DNA of 64,000 nucleotides, from the IMG/VR virus record IMGVR_UViG_3300032050_000011; one strand, given 5' to 3'. A model generated the notes under the pieces. The model saw only the letters and a program-made list of their open reading frames with translations, was not told where the DNA came from and searched no databases. Below, piece after piece: positions 1-10,496 of the stretch (position 1 is the first letter of the stretch; each line of letters starts with the position of its first letter). The translations under genes were made by a program, and so were the position numbers. The stretch is from a virus.

Positions 1-1206
1 TGTATTTGTTGTGTCATTTATGGTTATGCTGTTAGATCCAGAAACTATAGATGTGCCAAAACCAGAAGTTAAAGACCTAAATCTTAAATTAGCACCTATT
101 TTATCTTTAAAAAAATTTATGCCAGTTCCAACGTTAGAAGCAGTATTGGCCTCACCGCCAAGTGATATTAATTCTATTGACTCTGATAGTTGATTTATAG
201 AAAATCCTGCTCCAGCCACTAGTGATTTAAACTCTAGATTTGCTCCAATTTTTTGTTTAAAAATACCAGCACCAGTACCTACGTTAGAGGCGGTATTGGT
301 TTCACCAAGAGGCGTAGATATTATTATTTCGTCTGACATGCTACTAATAGTAGTTGCTGTACCAGCTACTAGTGATTTAAACTGTAGATCAGTTCCAATT
401 TTTTGCTTAAATAAGCCTATGCCTGTGCCTGTATTAGAGGCTGTATTAATTTCTACAGCTCCAGTACTTATAGATATACTATCTATGCTAGAAGTAATAG
501 TGGCATTACCGGCTGCAACTAAAGATTTAAATCTTAAATCAACTCCAACTTTCTGCTTATAAAAGCCTTCGCCAATGCCTACATTAACAGCATTATTTAT
601 TTCGCCGCTGCCTTCTCCGCCTCCACCAGATCTAGAGTCAAACCTAAATATATTGGAATTCTCTATTATGTTAGATGCTGAGCCAGCAGTTTTAAATTTA
701 CCGCTAGAATCAGTACATTGTAATATTACGTAACCAAGAGGAAGACCGCTCGATACGAAAAAATTACCTGGATTTTCTAAATTTGTCTCTAAAGAAAATT
801 CATCAGAAAATATGACTGATATTTTTCCAGCACCAACTAGTGTAAATCCTGCTATTCTATAATAGCTAACTGTATTAGACGTAGGCCATGTTATCTCAAA
901 GTCTGATGTATTAGATACTGTTTGAGCCTGGAAATCTATCCATAGAGAAGCTAGATCAGTAAATATTTGACCTTGAATAGGTAAAGTTATACTTACAGTA
1001 TTATCTGCTGCTATTATTTTTGAGTCAGAGAAGTTTATTTTTGAATCTGGAGTGGGAAATGACGCTGATATTTTTAGTGGAAAATCTAGGTCTATATTTA
1101 TATTGTCTACTAAATTACTTAGCAAATAATTATTACTAAGGCCTAGTTCTCTTGAATTATCTGTTTTAGAACTTATTTGTCTGAGATCTTGCTTTGTGTT
1201 TGACAT
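1..1206 (-). CDS. Tail fibre/adhesin protein, paralogue of 1214..3895 (partial, runs off window start)
   Basis: ATG at 1206, translated by hand (MSNTKQDLRQISSK...LDFPLKISASFPTPDSKINFSDS). The N-terminus is homologous to the 893-aa neighbour and at least 4 GE(A/I/T)NTASNVG-type repeats follow. No stop codon in the window, so it is absent from the ORF track. Confidence 0.8.
   Translation of the reverse strand, partial: MSNTKQDLRQISSKTDNSRELGLSNNYLLSNLVDNINIDLDFPLKISASFPTPDSKINFSDSKIIAADNTVSITLPIQGQIFTDLASLWIDFQAQTVSNTSDFEITWPTSNTVSYYRIAGFTLVGAGKISVIFSDEFSLETNLENPGNFFVSSGLPLGYVILQCTDSSGKFKTAGSASNIIENSNIFRFDSRSGGGGEGSGEINNAVNVGIGEGFYKQKVGVDLRFKSLVAAGNATITSSIDSISISTGAVEINTASNTGTGIGLFKQKIGTDLQFKSLVAGTATTISSMSDEIIISTPLGETNTASNVGTGAGIFKQKIGANLEFKSLVAGAGFSINQLSESIELISLGGEANTASNVGTGINFFKDKIGANLRFRSLTSGFGTSIVSGSNSITINDTTNT
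872..981. repeat. 110-bp exact repeat shared with 3561..3670; a second 67-bp exact repeat is 636..702 = 3325..3391
   Basis: Direct comparison of the two paralogous fibre genes; the flanks are diverged. Confidence 0.9.
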
Positions 1207-1213
1207 AATGTAT

Positions 1214-3895
1214 TTAATTGTTTATTTTAATATATTTATTACTTTCAGTCGGTAGATATAAGATATTATTAGATTTAATAAATAAATAAGCTTCACCGGC
1301 ATTAGGCACTCCCTCTGAAATATCATCATCTAAATAAGCCCCTATTACTATATGTTCACCATCTATAGCTACCGAATTGCCAAATCTATCAGTATTACTT
1401 TCATTAGGCGAATTCAGAGTCTTGATCCATCCCCAGTTATTGGGTCCACCCTGATTTTTTTTAAATATGTAGACTTCACCGGCTCTACTAATAGCATCAG
1501 TAGAGCCACCGTCATCGTAAGCTCCCACTACTATATAGTCACCATCTATAGCTACTGAATTGCCAAAAAAATCATCTATGTCTTCATCTGGCGAATTAAG
1601 TATCTTAATTAAGCCCCAGTTATCAGGTCCACCTTGATCTTTTTTGAATATGTAGACTTCACCAGCTCTACTAATAGCATCAGCAGTACCATCATCTAAA
1701 TAAGCCCCTATTACTATATGTTCACCATCTATAGCTACTGAATTGCCAAATCTATCAGTATTACTTTCATTAGGCGAATTTAGAGTCTTAATCCATCCCC
1801 AGTTATTGGGTCCACCCTGATTTTTTTTAAATACATAGGCTTCACCAGCGCTACTTATAGCATCAGTAGAGCCACCATCATCGTAAGCTCCTACTACCAT
1901 ATAGTCATCATCTATAGCCACTGACCAGCCAAAATTATCACTTGCATCTTCATTGGAAGAATTAAGTGTTTTTATTAAACCCCAATTGTCAGTTCCGCCT
2001 TGATCTTTATAAAATACATAGGCTTCACCAGCGCTACTTATAGCATCAGTAGATCCGTCATCTTGAGGTGCCCCTACTACTATATAGTTACCGCTAATAG
2101 CTACTGACGAGCCAAAATAATCACTTGTATCTTCATTGGAAGAGTTAAGCGTCTTAATTAAACCCCAGTTGTCAACTCCGCCCTGATCTTTTTTGTAGAC
2201 ATATGCTTCACCAGCACCGCCTATAGCATTAGTGGAACCTCCTTCGTAAGGTGCTCCTACTACAATATAGCTGCCACTAATGGCTACTGAAAAGCCAAAA
2301 TCACCAAGTGGCAAAGTAAGAGTCTTTATCAGTCCCCAGTTGTTAACTCCGCCAAAATCTTTTTTATATATATAGACATCTCCGTCAAGAGAAAGACTAC
2401 CAGCAGACCCATCATCCGACGGAGATCCTATTACCATATAATCACCATCTATAGCTACTGAATAACCAAACCAAGCACCTATAGCTGGCATTGGTGAATT
2501 TAAGATGCGTTCTGGTATCGATGAAATGTCTGGAATAAGCACGCTTTCGCTAGCATTTCCGCTATTAAGTAAATCACTGCCGGCTATGCTCCTTCCATCC
2601 ATGGGCACCCAGTTAATTCCGTCCGGTCTAGATGATTGAAAATCTAAATAATTAAGATAAGATACTCTTATATCGCCCAACTCATTTTCTTGTGGTGGGA
2701 TAATTGTATCTATATTTACAGAATTAGCACTAAAAGTTAAATTTATATTTGTGCCAGCTACTAGTGTTTTAAATTCTAGATTTACTCCAGTCTTCTGTTT
2801 GAATATGCCGGCTCCAGTTCCTACGTTAGATGCTGTATTAATTTCACCATTTATTGCACTTAAAGTTACAGCATCTGCACTAGAAGTTAGCACTAGATTT
2901 CCAACTGGTGTTAGTGTTTTAAATTCTAGGTTTACTCCAGTCTTCTGTTTGAATATGCCAGCTCCAGTTCCTACGTTAGATGCTGTATTAGCTTCGCCAT
3001 ATGATGTGCTTATTTCTATGGAATTAGTGCCTGGAGTAATAACTGCGCTGCCACTTGCTACAAGCGACTTAAACTCTAGATCAACGCCAGTTTTCTGCTT
3101 AAATACACCGGCTCCAGTCCCTACATTAGACGCAGTATTAGTTTCGCCTGGCGGTGTGCTTATGGTAATGCTGTCTGTACCTGGAGTTAGTGTTATGTTT
3201 GAACCGGCTACTAGAGTTTTAAACTCTAGATCAACACCAGTTTTCTGCTTAAATATGCCTTCACCACCACCTACATTAGACGCAGTATTAGCTTCGCCAG
3301 CAACTATACCACCGCCAGCTCTCCAGTCAAACCTAAATATATTGGAATTCTCTATTATGTTAGATGCTGAGCCAGCAGTTTTAAATTTACCATCAGCATG
3401 AGTACATTGCAGTACTGCGTAGCCTATAGATATTCCGCTTGGAATAAAGAATCCGCCTGCGTCTGGTAGGCTAGCTTCAGAGGCAGCCTCACTTGAAAAC
3501 AATGCAAGAATATTGCCAGCAGTAGTAAGAGTAAACACTGCTATCCTATAATAGCCAACCGTATTAGACGTAGGCCATGTTATCTCAAAGTCTGATGTAT
3601 TAGATACTGTTTGAGCCTGGAAATCTATCCATAGAGAAGCTAGATCAGTAAATATTTGACCTTGAATAGGCGGATGAACTTTGGTGACACCATCTGGACC
3701 TAGTATGGCAGAATCTGAGAAATTTATCTTTGAGTCTGGCGTAGGAAAAGAGGCTGATAGTTTTAGTGGAAAATCTAGGTCTGTGTTGATCTTGCTTATT
3801 ATCTGGCCTAGATGAGAGCCCTGAGTTAAGCCTAGCTGCTTAAAATTTTGTGTTTTGGCTTCTATCTGTCTAAGATCTTGCTTTGTAAACGGCAT
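1214..3895 (-). CDS. Tail fibre/adhesin with GExNTASNVG repeats, tail-collar-like segment and 7-bladed FG-GAP beta-propeller
   Basis: Four GExNTASNVG..G.FKQKTGV.LEFK repeats and seven FG.SVAI.G...VGA..DD...GEAY repeats. A collar-like GDIR...WVPMDGRSIAGSDL segment and a C-terminal NKYIKIN flank the propeller. Confidence 0.8.
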   Translation of the reverse strand: MPFTKQDLRQIEAKTQNFKQLGLTQGSHLGQIISKINTDLDFPLKLSASFPTPDSKINFSDSAILGPDGVTKVHPPIQGQIFTDLASLWIDFQAQTVSNTSDFEITWPTSNTVGYYRIAVFTLTTAGNILALFSSEAASEASLPDAGGFFIPSGISIGYAVLQCTHADGKFKTAGSASNIIENSNIFRFDWRAGGGIVAGEANTASNVGGGEGIFKQKTGVDLEFKTLVAGSNITLTPGTDSITISTPPGETNTASNVGTGAGVFKQKTGVDLEFKSLVASGSAVITPGTNSIEISTSYGEANTASNVGTGAGIFKQKTGVNLEFKTLTPVGNLVLTSSADAVTLSAINGEINTASNVGTGAGIFKQKTGVNLEFKTLVAGTNINLTFSANSVNIDTIIPPQENELGDIRVSYLNYLDFQSSRPDGINWVPMDGRSIAGSDLLNSGNASESVLIPDISSIPERILNSPMPAIGAWFGYSVAIDGDYMVIGSPSDDGSAGSLSLDGDVYIYKKDFGGVNNWGLIKTLTLPLGDFGFSVAISGSYIVVGAPYEGGSTNAIGGAGEAYVYKKDQGGVDNWGLIKTLNSSNEDTSDYFGSSVAISGNYIVVGAPQDDGSTDAISSAGEAYVFYKDQGGTDNWGLIKTLNSSNEDASDNFGWSVAIDDDYMVVGAYDDGGSTDAISSAGEAYVFKKNQGGPNNWGWIKTLNSPNESNTDRFGNSVAIDGEHIVIGAYLDDGTADAISRAGEVYIFKKDQGGPDNWGLIKILNSPDEDIDDFFGNSVAIDGDYIVVGAYDDGGSTDAISRAGEVYIFKKNQGGPNNWGWIKTLNSPNESNTDRFGNSVAIDGEHIVIGAYLDDDISEGVPNAGEAYLFIKSNNILYLPTESNKYIKINN
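1974..2062. repeat. 89-bp exact repeat shared with 22065..22153 (FG-GAP blade in the giant baseplate gene)
   Basis: attaaaccccaattgtcagttccgcc...agtagatccgtcatc is identical at both loci. Confidence 0.9.
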
Positions 3896-3942
3896 GCCTA
3901 GTCCTATAACTATATTAAAGCAAAATACTGCTTAATACTATA

Positions 3943-3951
3943 ATTATACCG
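3943..3951 (-). promoter_or_regulatory. Putative late promoter -10 box (CGG-TATAAT)
   Basis: Intergenic, 47 nt upstream of the 893-aa gene; no recognisable -35. Confidence 0.45.
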
Positions 3952-4001
3952 GATTAAGGCTTATACAAGTTTAACTTATATGGCTAATTTTACTAGTATT
4001 T

Positions 4002-5522
4002 CTAGTTATCTGTTTCTAGATACACCGAAGCCACATCAACGCCAACTGCTAGACCCGTTGCTGCATTGTGTCTCCAGATCTGCCAAGTAAGTAATTGAGT
4101 ATTTAGTGGAATATTTGTAATAATTGCACCAGTTGTAGAAACTCCAGTAGATAAGTTCACGACCTGATAATCAACCTCAATTCCATTAGGCGGGCAATAT
4201 AGAGATAGCTCATAGAAATCAGTATTTGTTGATTCTGGAAAGCTGGCCCCAAGATCTATCTTTGTAGCGGTACCCGTTCCGTCGTTATGCATGATTTGAA
4301 GTGTTGTATCGGCCGCATCCAAGCCTACACCTATAATGTTAGTAAAACTTGATGGTTCAGCATTTCCAAGTACAGCATTACTTGAGGTTAATCCAACAAA
4401 TAGTCTCGCACCTGTTGCAAGGGTTGCATCACTTATCCCAAATCTTGCAACAAAATGGAAACCTCCTCTGCCTGTTCCATTACCGATTCCAAACTGAAGA
4501 ACTGTACTTCTAAGACCTGAAGATGCGTTGCCTGTGGCAGCTGAAACATAACCAACACGCCTCATCCAAGTGAAAAAGTTTGTTGTAGCAACGTTTCGAA
4601 TTGTGGCTGTTCCGTTACCTGTAGGAGCTGCACCGCCAAATACAGTTGATGTTGTTGCGTTACCATTTGCCTTAAAAGCAAATACTGCATTTCTTGCAAA
4701 GAAAGGTTGAAAAGAATAATCTACACCAGATTTACCAATCTGAGCAAACATCTGTCTTCCGCCAACATCTTTAACATAGGTTGAGACCCCTACAGATGGA
4801 ACGGATGGCGTGGAACTTTCATTCCAGCTTAATACAGTTTCATTTCCTGTGTGAGTTGATCTTGTTCTTAGGTTAGCAGCAGATACGTTATCCACGCTGC
4901 CTAGCCCTAAATCAGACTTTTGCAATGTAACTATTCCAGTAAACCCGTTTACAGAATTTACGTCTGATGGAGAAACTTCAACATAAGTAGAGCCTGACCA
5001 TCTATATGCTTTATTAGTGTCAAGCGCTAAATATACCACAGACTGTTCACCTGTAGTAGGAAACTGCGACAGCTGTGAAAACTCTAAAACTTCATCAACA
5101 TAAGATGGCAGATACGCACTCGGAACTTTGCCTGCTTCTAGAGGAGCGTATCCATTTAGCGCGCCTCTGTTAGCTGTATTTTCTTTTAAGTCAAGTGCAG
5201 ATTGAGTAGCACTTGAAATAGGCTTATTAGCGTCACTTGTATTGTCTACATTTGACAGTCCAATCTGTGCTTTTGTTACAGAGTGAGGATTGCTAGTATT
5301 ATTAAAATGAGAATCGAAAACAGACTTAGGAGTAACTTCAGCAGCTTGTCTTTTAGCTTCTAGTTCAGCTGTAGCGTCTAAAACCTCAATTGAGTAGTTT
5401 CCAGAAGCTCCCCAAACACCTTGAGCAATACATGTGTCGATCCAGGTCTGATATTCGGAGTTATTCTTATAAGCAGATAAAACTTTACTAGGTGATATTA
5501 GCGTTACGTTTATTCTTTTCAT
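4002..5522 (-). CDS. Tail fibre protein
   Basis: Typical fibre segments NPHSVTKAQIGLSNVDNTSDANKPIS and GKVPSAYLPSYVDEVLEF...YRWSGSTYVE, with a beta-rich C-terminal head. Confidence 0.75.
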   Translation of the reverse strand: MKRINVTLISPSKVLSAYKNNSEYQTWIDTCIAQGVWGASGNYSIEVLDATAELEAKRQAAEVTPKSVFDSHFNNTSNPHSVTKAQIGLSNVDNTSDANKPISSATQSALDLKENTANRGALNGYAPLEAGKVPSAYLPSYVDEVLEFSQLSQFPTTGEQSVVYLALDTNKAYRWSGSTYVEVSPSDVNSVNGFTGIVTLQKSDLGLGSVDNVSAANLRTRSTHTGNETVLSWNESSTPSVPSVGVSTYVKDVGGRQMFAQIGKSGVDYSFQPFFARNAVFAFKANGNATTSTVFGGAAPTGNGTATIRNVATTNFFTWMRRVGYVSAATGNASSGLRSTVLQFGIGNGTGRGGFHFVARFGISDATLATGARLFVGLTSSNAVLGNAEPSSFTNIIGVGLDAADTTLQIMHNDGTGTATKIDLGASFPESTNTDFYELSLYCPPNGIEVDYQVVNLSTGVSTTGAIITNIPLNTQLLTWQIWRHNAATGLAVGVDVASVYLETDN

Positions 5523-6793
5523 TATTCAGCCGCCCTTACGATTAAGTTTAACTCTGTAGCTAATAAGTTGTTAACAGTAGTATTGTTAGCTATAAACATC
5601 TCTATAAAGTCATTTGGCACTAAAGTCGCTATTGTCTGACAGAAAAAGTTTTCATTTCTACCTGCTTGAGAGGTAGTAGCTTGAGACTCAGAATCTGCTA
5701 TAGTTGTTCCATTTTTTGCAATTCTGATTGTTATATTGGCGGCTTGTGTTGATACCGAATTTGCCGATACAGAAGCTGTAACAACAAATTCTTTAGTAAT
5801 ACCGCCAGTATAGGTTAGTCTGTTATTAGTATGTGAAAATTTTTGATTTATTGAAGATGCAACGGTTGTTCCTTCAATTTTTTCAAATACGCCTTGTGTT
5901 ACTATGGGATTTTCTGTTGCGTTATTTGAAAATGACATCAATCCAATTGAGGCGGTATTTGTAATACCTTTACAGTTTTGGAATAAGGCTGTGTTGCTTG
6001 TATAGGTCAATCCACCAGTGTAAGTAGCTCCACCACTAAAATTAACTGTAATTAGTATGTAACTTTCTGCGCCAGCTGTAAAAGTAACTGCGGGATCAAC
6101 AAAAATGGCAGTAGCTCCGCCAAAAGCAACGAACGAAGAATAGATTACTCGTATTCTTCTGCTTATAGTCAGTGTAGATGGGAAATTTAAAGTAGTCTGA
6201 CCTGCAATACCAGTAAACAAACACTGATCGAAACCCACAGTTGATATCGTGCCGTCAAAAGTCATGTTAGCTGAGCTTAGCAACGCGCAGTCAGTCATGA
6301 TAAAGTTGTTATAGCTCTTGATTAGCCCCACGCTAGCACAGTTGGTGAAGTTCACCCCGAACCAGTCGATAGCCTGGTTGGCATTTCCAGTAGCATCTAG
6401 ATTTAGTGCTGTGCCGTGTGTGATTGAGATGTTTCTCATTGGTATGGACCAAGCAGAACTTAGTAGCGCCGTACTGGAACTTAGCCCAGTAGATATAAGG
6501 AAGCAGTTCTCTGATGAACCGCCTATTATGGTCGTGTTTTGACTACCAACCAGCCTGTCTCCAGTCAAGTCAACGGTAGTAGTTATAAAATAAGTAACGT
6601 TAGCAGCTAGTGTTATTACACCAGAAACAGCAGCAGGAAAGTCTGATTTGCTGTTTACAAATATCATATTTGGAAAAGGCGATGTATCAGTTATTGTGTT
6701 TATCTGCGTCTGAAGGCCTGATTCAATTGCTTCAACCTCAGCATCCGTAGCCATGTCAGCAGAAATAAATTTTGGATTAATAGGTAAGGTCAC
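5522..6793 (-). CDS. Putative tail fibre/virion protein (beta-rich)
   Basis: 423 aa, Thr/Ser/Gly-rich, GTG start with AGGAG SD, in the fibre cluster. Confidence 0.6.
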   Translation of the reverse strand: MTLPINPKFISADMATDAEVEAIESGLQTQINTITDTSPFPNMIFVNSKSDFPAAVSGVITLAANVTYFITTTVDLTGDRLVGSQNTTIIGGSSENCFLISTGLSSSTALLSSAWSIPMRNISITHGTALNLDATGNANQAIDWFGVNFTNCASVGLIKSYNNFIMTDCALLSSANMTFDGTISTVGFDQCLFTGIAGQTTLNFPSTLTISRRIRVIYSSFVAFGGATAIFVDPAVTFTAGAESYILITVNFSGGATYTGGLTYTSNTALFQNCKGITNTASIGLMSFSNNATENPIVTQGVFEKIEGTTVASSINQKFSHTNNRLTYTGGITKEFVVTASVSANSVSTQAANITIRIAKNGTTIADSESQATTSQAGRNENFFCQTIATLVPNDFIEMFIANNTTVNNLLATELNLIVRAAE

Positions 6794-6807
6794 GAGTTCT
6801 CCTATTT

Positions 6808-6830
6808 AAGAAGGGGCGCCGAAGCGCCCC
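6808..6830 (-). terminator. Intrinsic terminator GGGGCGC-TTCG-GCGCCCC-TTCTT
   Basis: Perfect 7-bp stem with a UUCG loop just downstream of the 1130-aa gene. Confidence 0.75.
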
Positions 6831-6845
6831 GAACTTTAAAAGCTA

Positions 6846-9800
6846 TTAGCTAGCCTTTCTTTGATACGTGAAAAACAAGTTATCAGTTGCAGCAAGCGCC
6901 TGAGGTCCTGGGGATGTCAACGCATTCATAAAACGAACACGAGTAACACCACCAACAGTTTCTACCCAGTAGTCATTCAAGCTGTCACCAGTTGATGCAC
7001 CCTCATGAATAGCTAGACGATCTACAAAAGCAACTATTGACTTATCTTCTGCAAGATATGCAAGATCTACATAGCCGTTTGTTATGTCAGCGGCTAAAAG
7101 ATCAATAGCTTGTTTGTGCCAAATTATATTAGACTTTATACCACTAGCAGAAACTGAAAGTGATGAACCGTCTAATTTAATTTTTAAGTTATCGCTACCG
7201 TCATCTTCTAATCCGTCACCAGCAAAATCAGCAGGTTCAACTGCTAATTCTGTAGCATCAATTTTTAGACCACCAGCAGATTTTAGGTCAACAGAGAATA
7301 CACCAGTAGCAGAGTCGTAGTCTAATCCGTCACCTGACGATAGTTCATTTCTTACAGCAGATTGAAAATCACTTACTTGAGTAGATACAATACTAATATC
7401 TTGCTCAGAAGCAGATGTCAATCGACCTTGTGCGTCTACAGTAAAACTAACAGCTTTTGCGGCAGTTAAACCATAAGGTGCAGCAGTTACTGCAGTGTTT
7501 TGCAATGAAAGACCTGAAATCCCAACAGCTAATGCACTATTAACCGGATCAAGCACTAAATCAGCAGAAAATTGACCAGACGAATAGCTCATATCAATTG
7601 AACTAGTATCACCGACAGATAGTTCATTTCTTACAGCAGATTGAAAATCACTTACTTGAGTTGATAGGATGCTGATATCTTGTTCAGAAGCGGCCGATAA
7701 TCTACCCTGTGCATCGACAGTAAAACTAGCTGTTTTTGCAGCAGTTGTACCATAAATCGCAGCAGTTACTCCAGTGTCTGTAAGTTTAAGATTGTTACTG
7801 CCATCGTGAACCAATCCTGAACCAGCAATTTCACTAACATTAACGCTAAAGACTGTACCGTCAAGATCTAGACCATCACCGGCCTGATAAGAACCAGCAC
7901 CAGAGAATTGCAAGAATCTAATAGGACTTACGTCTATTGTTGCAACAGTTTCTGTCTGAACCCAACCAGTATCAGCATACTGAGTACCTTCTTGTACGAA
8001 GATAAAGTCACCACCAGCAGCTTCTTGTGGAGAATTAAAGTCTGCAGCTCTTGAGAGCTCAGTAATTTCTCCTGCACTTACAGCACTAACTTCGTAGATA
8101 CCGTTTTGTTCGCTAAATTCATCATTTTCTTGATTAGCAAGGATAACACGCTGACCAACTACCCATGAACCTACACCGTCGATAAGATCCACTGGAGTAG
8201 AAGATAAATCAATAATACCAGCAGAAAAATTAGCACTACCGATATCTACTACAGCAATTACTCTAGCAGGAGCGTGAACGTGTAAACCTTCAGCTAGATT
8301 ATCAACATATTCTTTAGTGGCAGCACTGTGAGCATCGCTTGTCATTACTAAGTTAGTAATGCTATTGCTGCCCATAGCAATGTTTCCAGACATTGTTCCG
8401 CCAGCAAGATCTAGTTTAAGTGCTAAACCAGCATCTAATTGAGATTTTGCAACAGCGTCTTGAGCAGAAACAGCATTTTGTAGATTAGTAATTTTACCAG
8501 CATTCTGAAAGTTCATTTCAGTATTAATCAAAATACTGCCCTTAGTTCCTGTAGCAGTACCTGTATATAGAAAAATATGACCAGAGTTACCAGCAGAGGC
8601 ATTACCTGACTGAATTTGAACAGCTCCAGTAGTTTGTGCAGCTCCAGAAGCTACAACCGCAGCTCCAGAATTTGAACTTCCGGCTCCAGATAGCAATCTA
8701 GCAGCTCCAGAGATTCCTCCAACAGCATTTCCAGAAAAAACATCCACCCCTCCGGAGTTTCCGCTTACCTGAGCATCTCCTGAAGCAACCTGTACTATTC
8801 CGGAAGCAGCCCCAGATGAAAAACCTGAAGCAATAAGAACTTTTTTAGAAGCGGTTCCAGCAAAAGCTCCTAGTTGATCTCCTGATCCTGCATAGAATTG
8901 TTTTGGACTACCGTCTTCCATTGCAACAGCAATGTAGTTAGGGCCCCAAGAAGGAATTCCAATATTTAAATCAAGCAATTCCGCCGCATTTCCTGAAGCA
9001 GGATTAATGATGAGCGTTCCCGTCATCGTATCGCCAGACTTTTTAACTTTCTCAACATCTAACTCTTGAATGGCAGCTTGAACTTCTATAGCAGATATGT
9101 TGCTGTCAACATAGCTGTTAGAAAAAGAAATAGCTGAGGCAGCATGAGCGCCAGTTAGATTATTTACGTGATCAGAGACAGCATCCTCTACTGCAGTAAA
9201 TTGATCATCAACATACTTCTTAGAAGTTAAGTGTGTGTCTAGAGTAGGAGCAGGAGCCAATCCGTCAAACCCTATGTTTGAAACTGGCAAGTTAGGTTCC
9301 GCGGTAAAACTAGCAACTCCACTTCCGTTATTTACTGCAATGCTTGCTACGTTATGCTGATAGCTGGTATTAGACGTAAGACCTGAGTTTTGATCTTGAA
9401 AATCTAATACTAATGCATCAGCATTAATCGATACGGTTGATACAAACTGGTTAACTATATCATTTTTCTGAAACACTATACCAGTAGAAGTTTCTATTGT
9501 AATAGAACCATCATATGTAGTTCCGTTAGAGGCGTAGTTTAAAGATACTACTCCATCATATACTTCCGTACTGATGACAACATCTCCACCCGGATCATTG
9601 TATGTAATTGCAAAACCGTCTACGGCTCCAATGTTTGTTGAATAATCTCCAGCCGTAGTGGTAAAGCCTAGTTGTGTAGACGATAAGCTAGATGTGGCAA
9701 AAGATGCTTCATCAAATGTCAAAGCACCAGACATCTCGTCGCCAGCTTTAGCTACTTTTTCAGTATCTAGCTCTTCAATAGCAGCCTGGACGTCCTCTGC

Positions 9801-10238
9801 CTCAATGGCACCAATAGGAGCAAATGAGATGTTTTCTGCAGAAAAACTTAAACCACCAAGTGTTGAGTTAATCGTGTTAATATCGCCTTGTAGCTCGGAT
9901 AAGGCACCCTGAACATCTGTGGCTGCAAGATTTGTAATGCCTGCAGCGACTACGATATCATCCGCATTATGCTTTTCAGCGAGCCCTTGAACGTGATCAT
10001 CGATCCTATCATTAACGCTGCTGATCTCGCTATCTACATAGGATTCAGTGCTTAAATTAGAATCTATCGTAAGATTTACTATTTTTGGGATTTCGCTTAA
10101 TATGACCTTATCTTGATCAGGCCCACTCCCACCTACTTTTAATATTTCAATATCGCCATCATCTGCGGCGTTTCTTGCTCTTAGTGCTTCACCATTTAGA
10201 AGCCTAAAAAATTTACCTTTTACTGGATTTACCGACAT
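6846..10238 (-). CDS. Long tail fibre/virion structural protein
   Basis: DVQ.AI.EL repeats, AGGTMSG and ATK.YVD fibre motifs, an internal duplicated segment (TVDAQGRL.AASEQDISI.STQVSDFQSAVRNELS) and AGDGL repeats. Confidence 0.75.
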   Translation of the reverse strand: MSVNPVKGKFFRLLNGEALRARNAADDGDIEILKVGGSGPDQDKVILSEIPKIVNLTIDSNLSTESYVDSEISSVNDRIDDHVQGLAEKHNADDIVVAAGITNLAATDVQGALSELQGDINTINSTLGGLSFSAENISFAPIGAIEAEDVQAAIEELDTEKVAKAGDEMSGALTFDEASFATSSLSSTQLGFTTTAGDYSTNIGAVDGFAITYNDPGGDVVISTEVYDGVVSLNYASNGTTYDGSITIETSTGIVFQKNDIVNQFVSTVSINADALVLDFQDQNSGLTSNTSYQHNVASIAVNNGSGVASFTAEPNLPVSNIGFDGLAPAPTLDTHLTSKKYVDDQFTAVEDAVSDHVNNLTGAHAASAISFSNSYVDSNISAIEVQAAIQELDVEKVKKSGDTMTGTLIINPASGNAAELLDLNIGIPSWGPNYIAVAMEDGSPKQFYAGSGDQLGAFAGTASKKVLIASGFSSGAASGIVQVASGDAQVSGNSGGVDVFSGNAVGGISGAARLLSGAGSSNSGAAVVASGAAQTTGAVQIQSGNASAGNSGHIFLYTGTATGTKGSILINTEMNFQNAGKITNLQNAVSAQDAVAKSQLDAGLALKLDLAGGTMSGNIAMGSNSITNLVMTSDAHSAATKEYVDNLAEGLHVHAPARVIAVVDIGSANFSAGIIDLSSTPVDLIDGVGSWVVGQRVILANQENDEFSEQNGIYEVSAVSAGEITELSRAADFNSPQEAAGGDFIFVQEGTQYADTGWVQTETVATIDVSPIRFLQFSGAGSYQAGDGLDLDGTVFSVNVSEIAGSGLVHDGSNNLKLTDTGVTAAIYGTTAAKTASFTVDAQGRLSAASEQDISILSTQVSDFQSAVRNELSVGDTSSIDMSYSSGQFSADLVLDPVNSALAVGISGLSLQNTAVTAAPYGLTAAKAVSFTVDAQGRLTSASEQDISIVSTQVSDFQSAVRNELSSGDGLDYDSATGVFSVDLKSAGGLKIDATELAVEPADFAGDGLEDDGSDNLKIKLDGSSLSVSASGIKSNIIWHKQAIDLLAADITNGYVDLAYLAEDKSIVAFVDRLAIHEGASTGDSLNDYWVETVGGVTRVRFMNALTSPGPQALAATDNLFFTYQRKAS

Positions 10239-10278
10239 ACGTTTCCTTTTTTAAAAAAATTTCTTATAATAATTATTA

Positions 10279-10401
10279 CTATTTAACAAAAATAATTGCA
10301 ATGGGTGATTTAGACCTAGATTTAAGCTCAGACTCAGGTCTAAAATTAGACTTTGCTTTTGAATTTTTATTAATATAGTATTTTTGAATAGTTACAAACA
10401 C
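10279..10401 (-). CDS. Possible 40-aa basic peptide
   Basis: GTG start preceded by an AAAGGGGG SD and a TGT-TAAAAT box, in an otherwise AT-rich gap. Confidence 0.35.
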   Translation of the reverse strand: MFVTIQKYYINKNSKAKSNFRPESELKSRSKSPIAIIFVK

Positions 10402-10439
10402 TCGTTATCCCCCTTTAAAGATATGTTATTTGTGAGTAT

Positions 10440-10448
10440 ATTTTAACA
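10440..10448 (-). promoter_or_regulatory. Extended -10 box (TGT-TAAAAT)
   Basis: TGn plus -10 match in an intergenic gap. Confidence 0.45.
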
Positions 10449-10496
10449 TATTTTTAGGTTAAACATGAACGAGTATAACTATAAGAATGTCAACGA

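Noticed and set aside
1214-2500. Diversity-generating retroelement TR/VR pair among the near-identical FG-GAP repeats
   Set aside because: The repeats are in-frame coding blades, I saw no adenine-specific mismatch pattern, and no reverse transcriptase is in the window.
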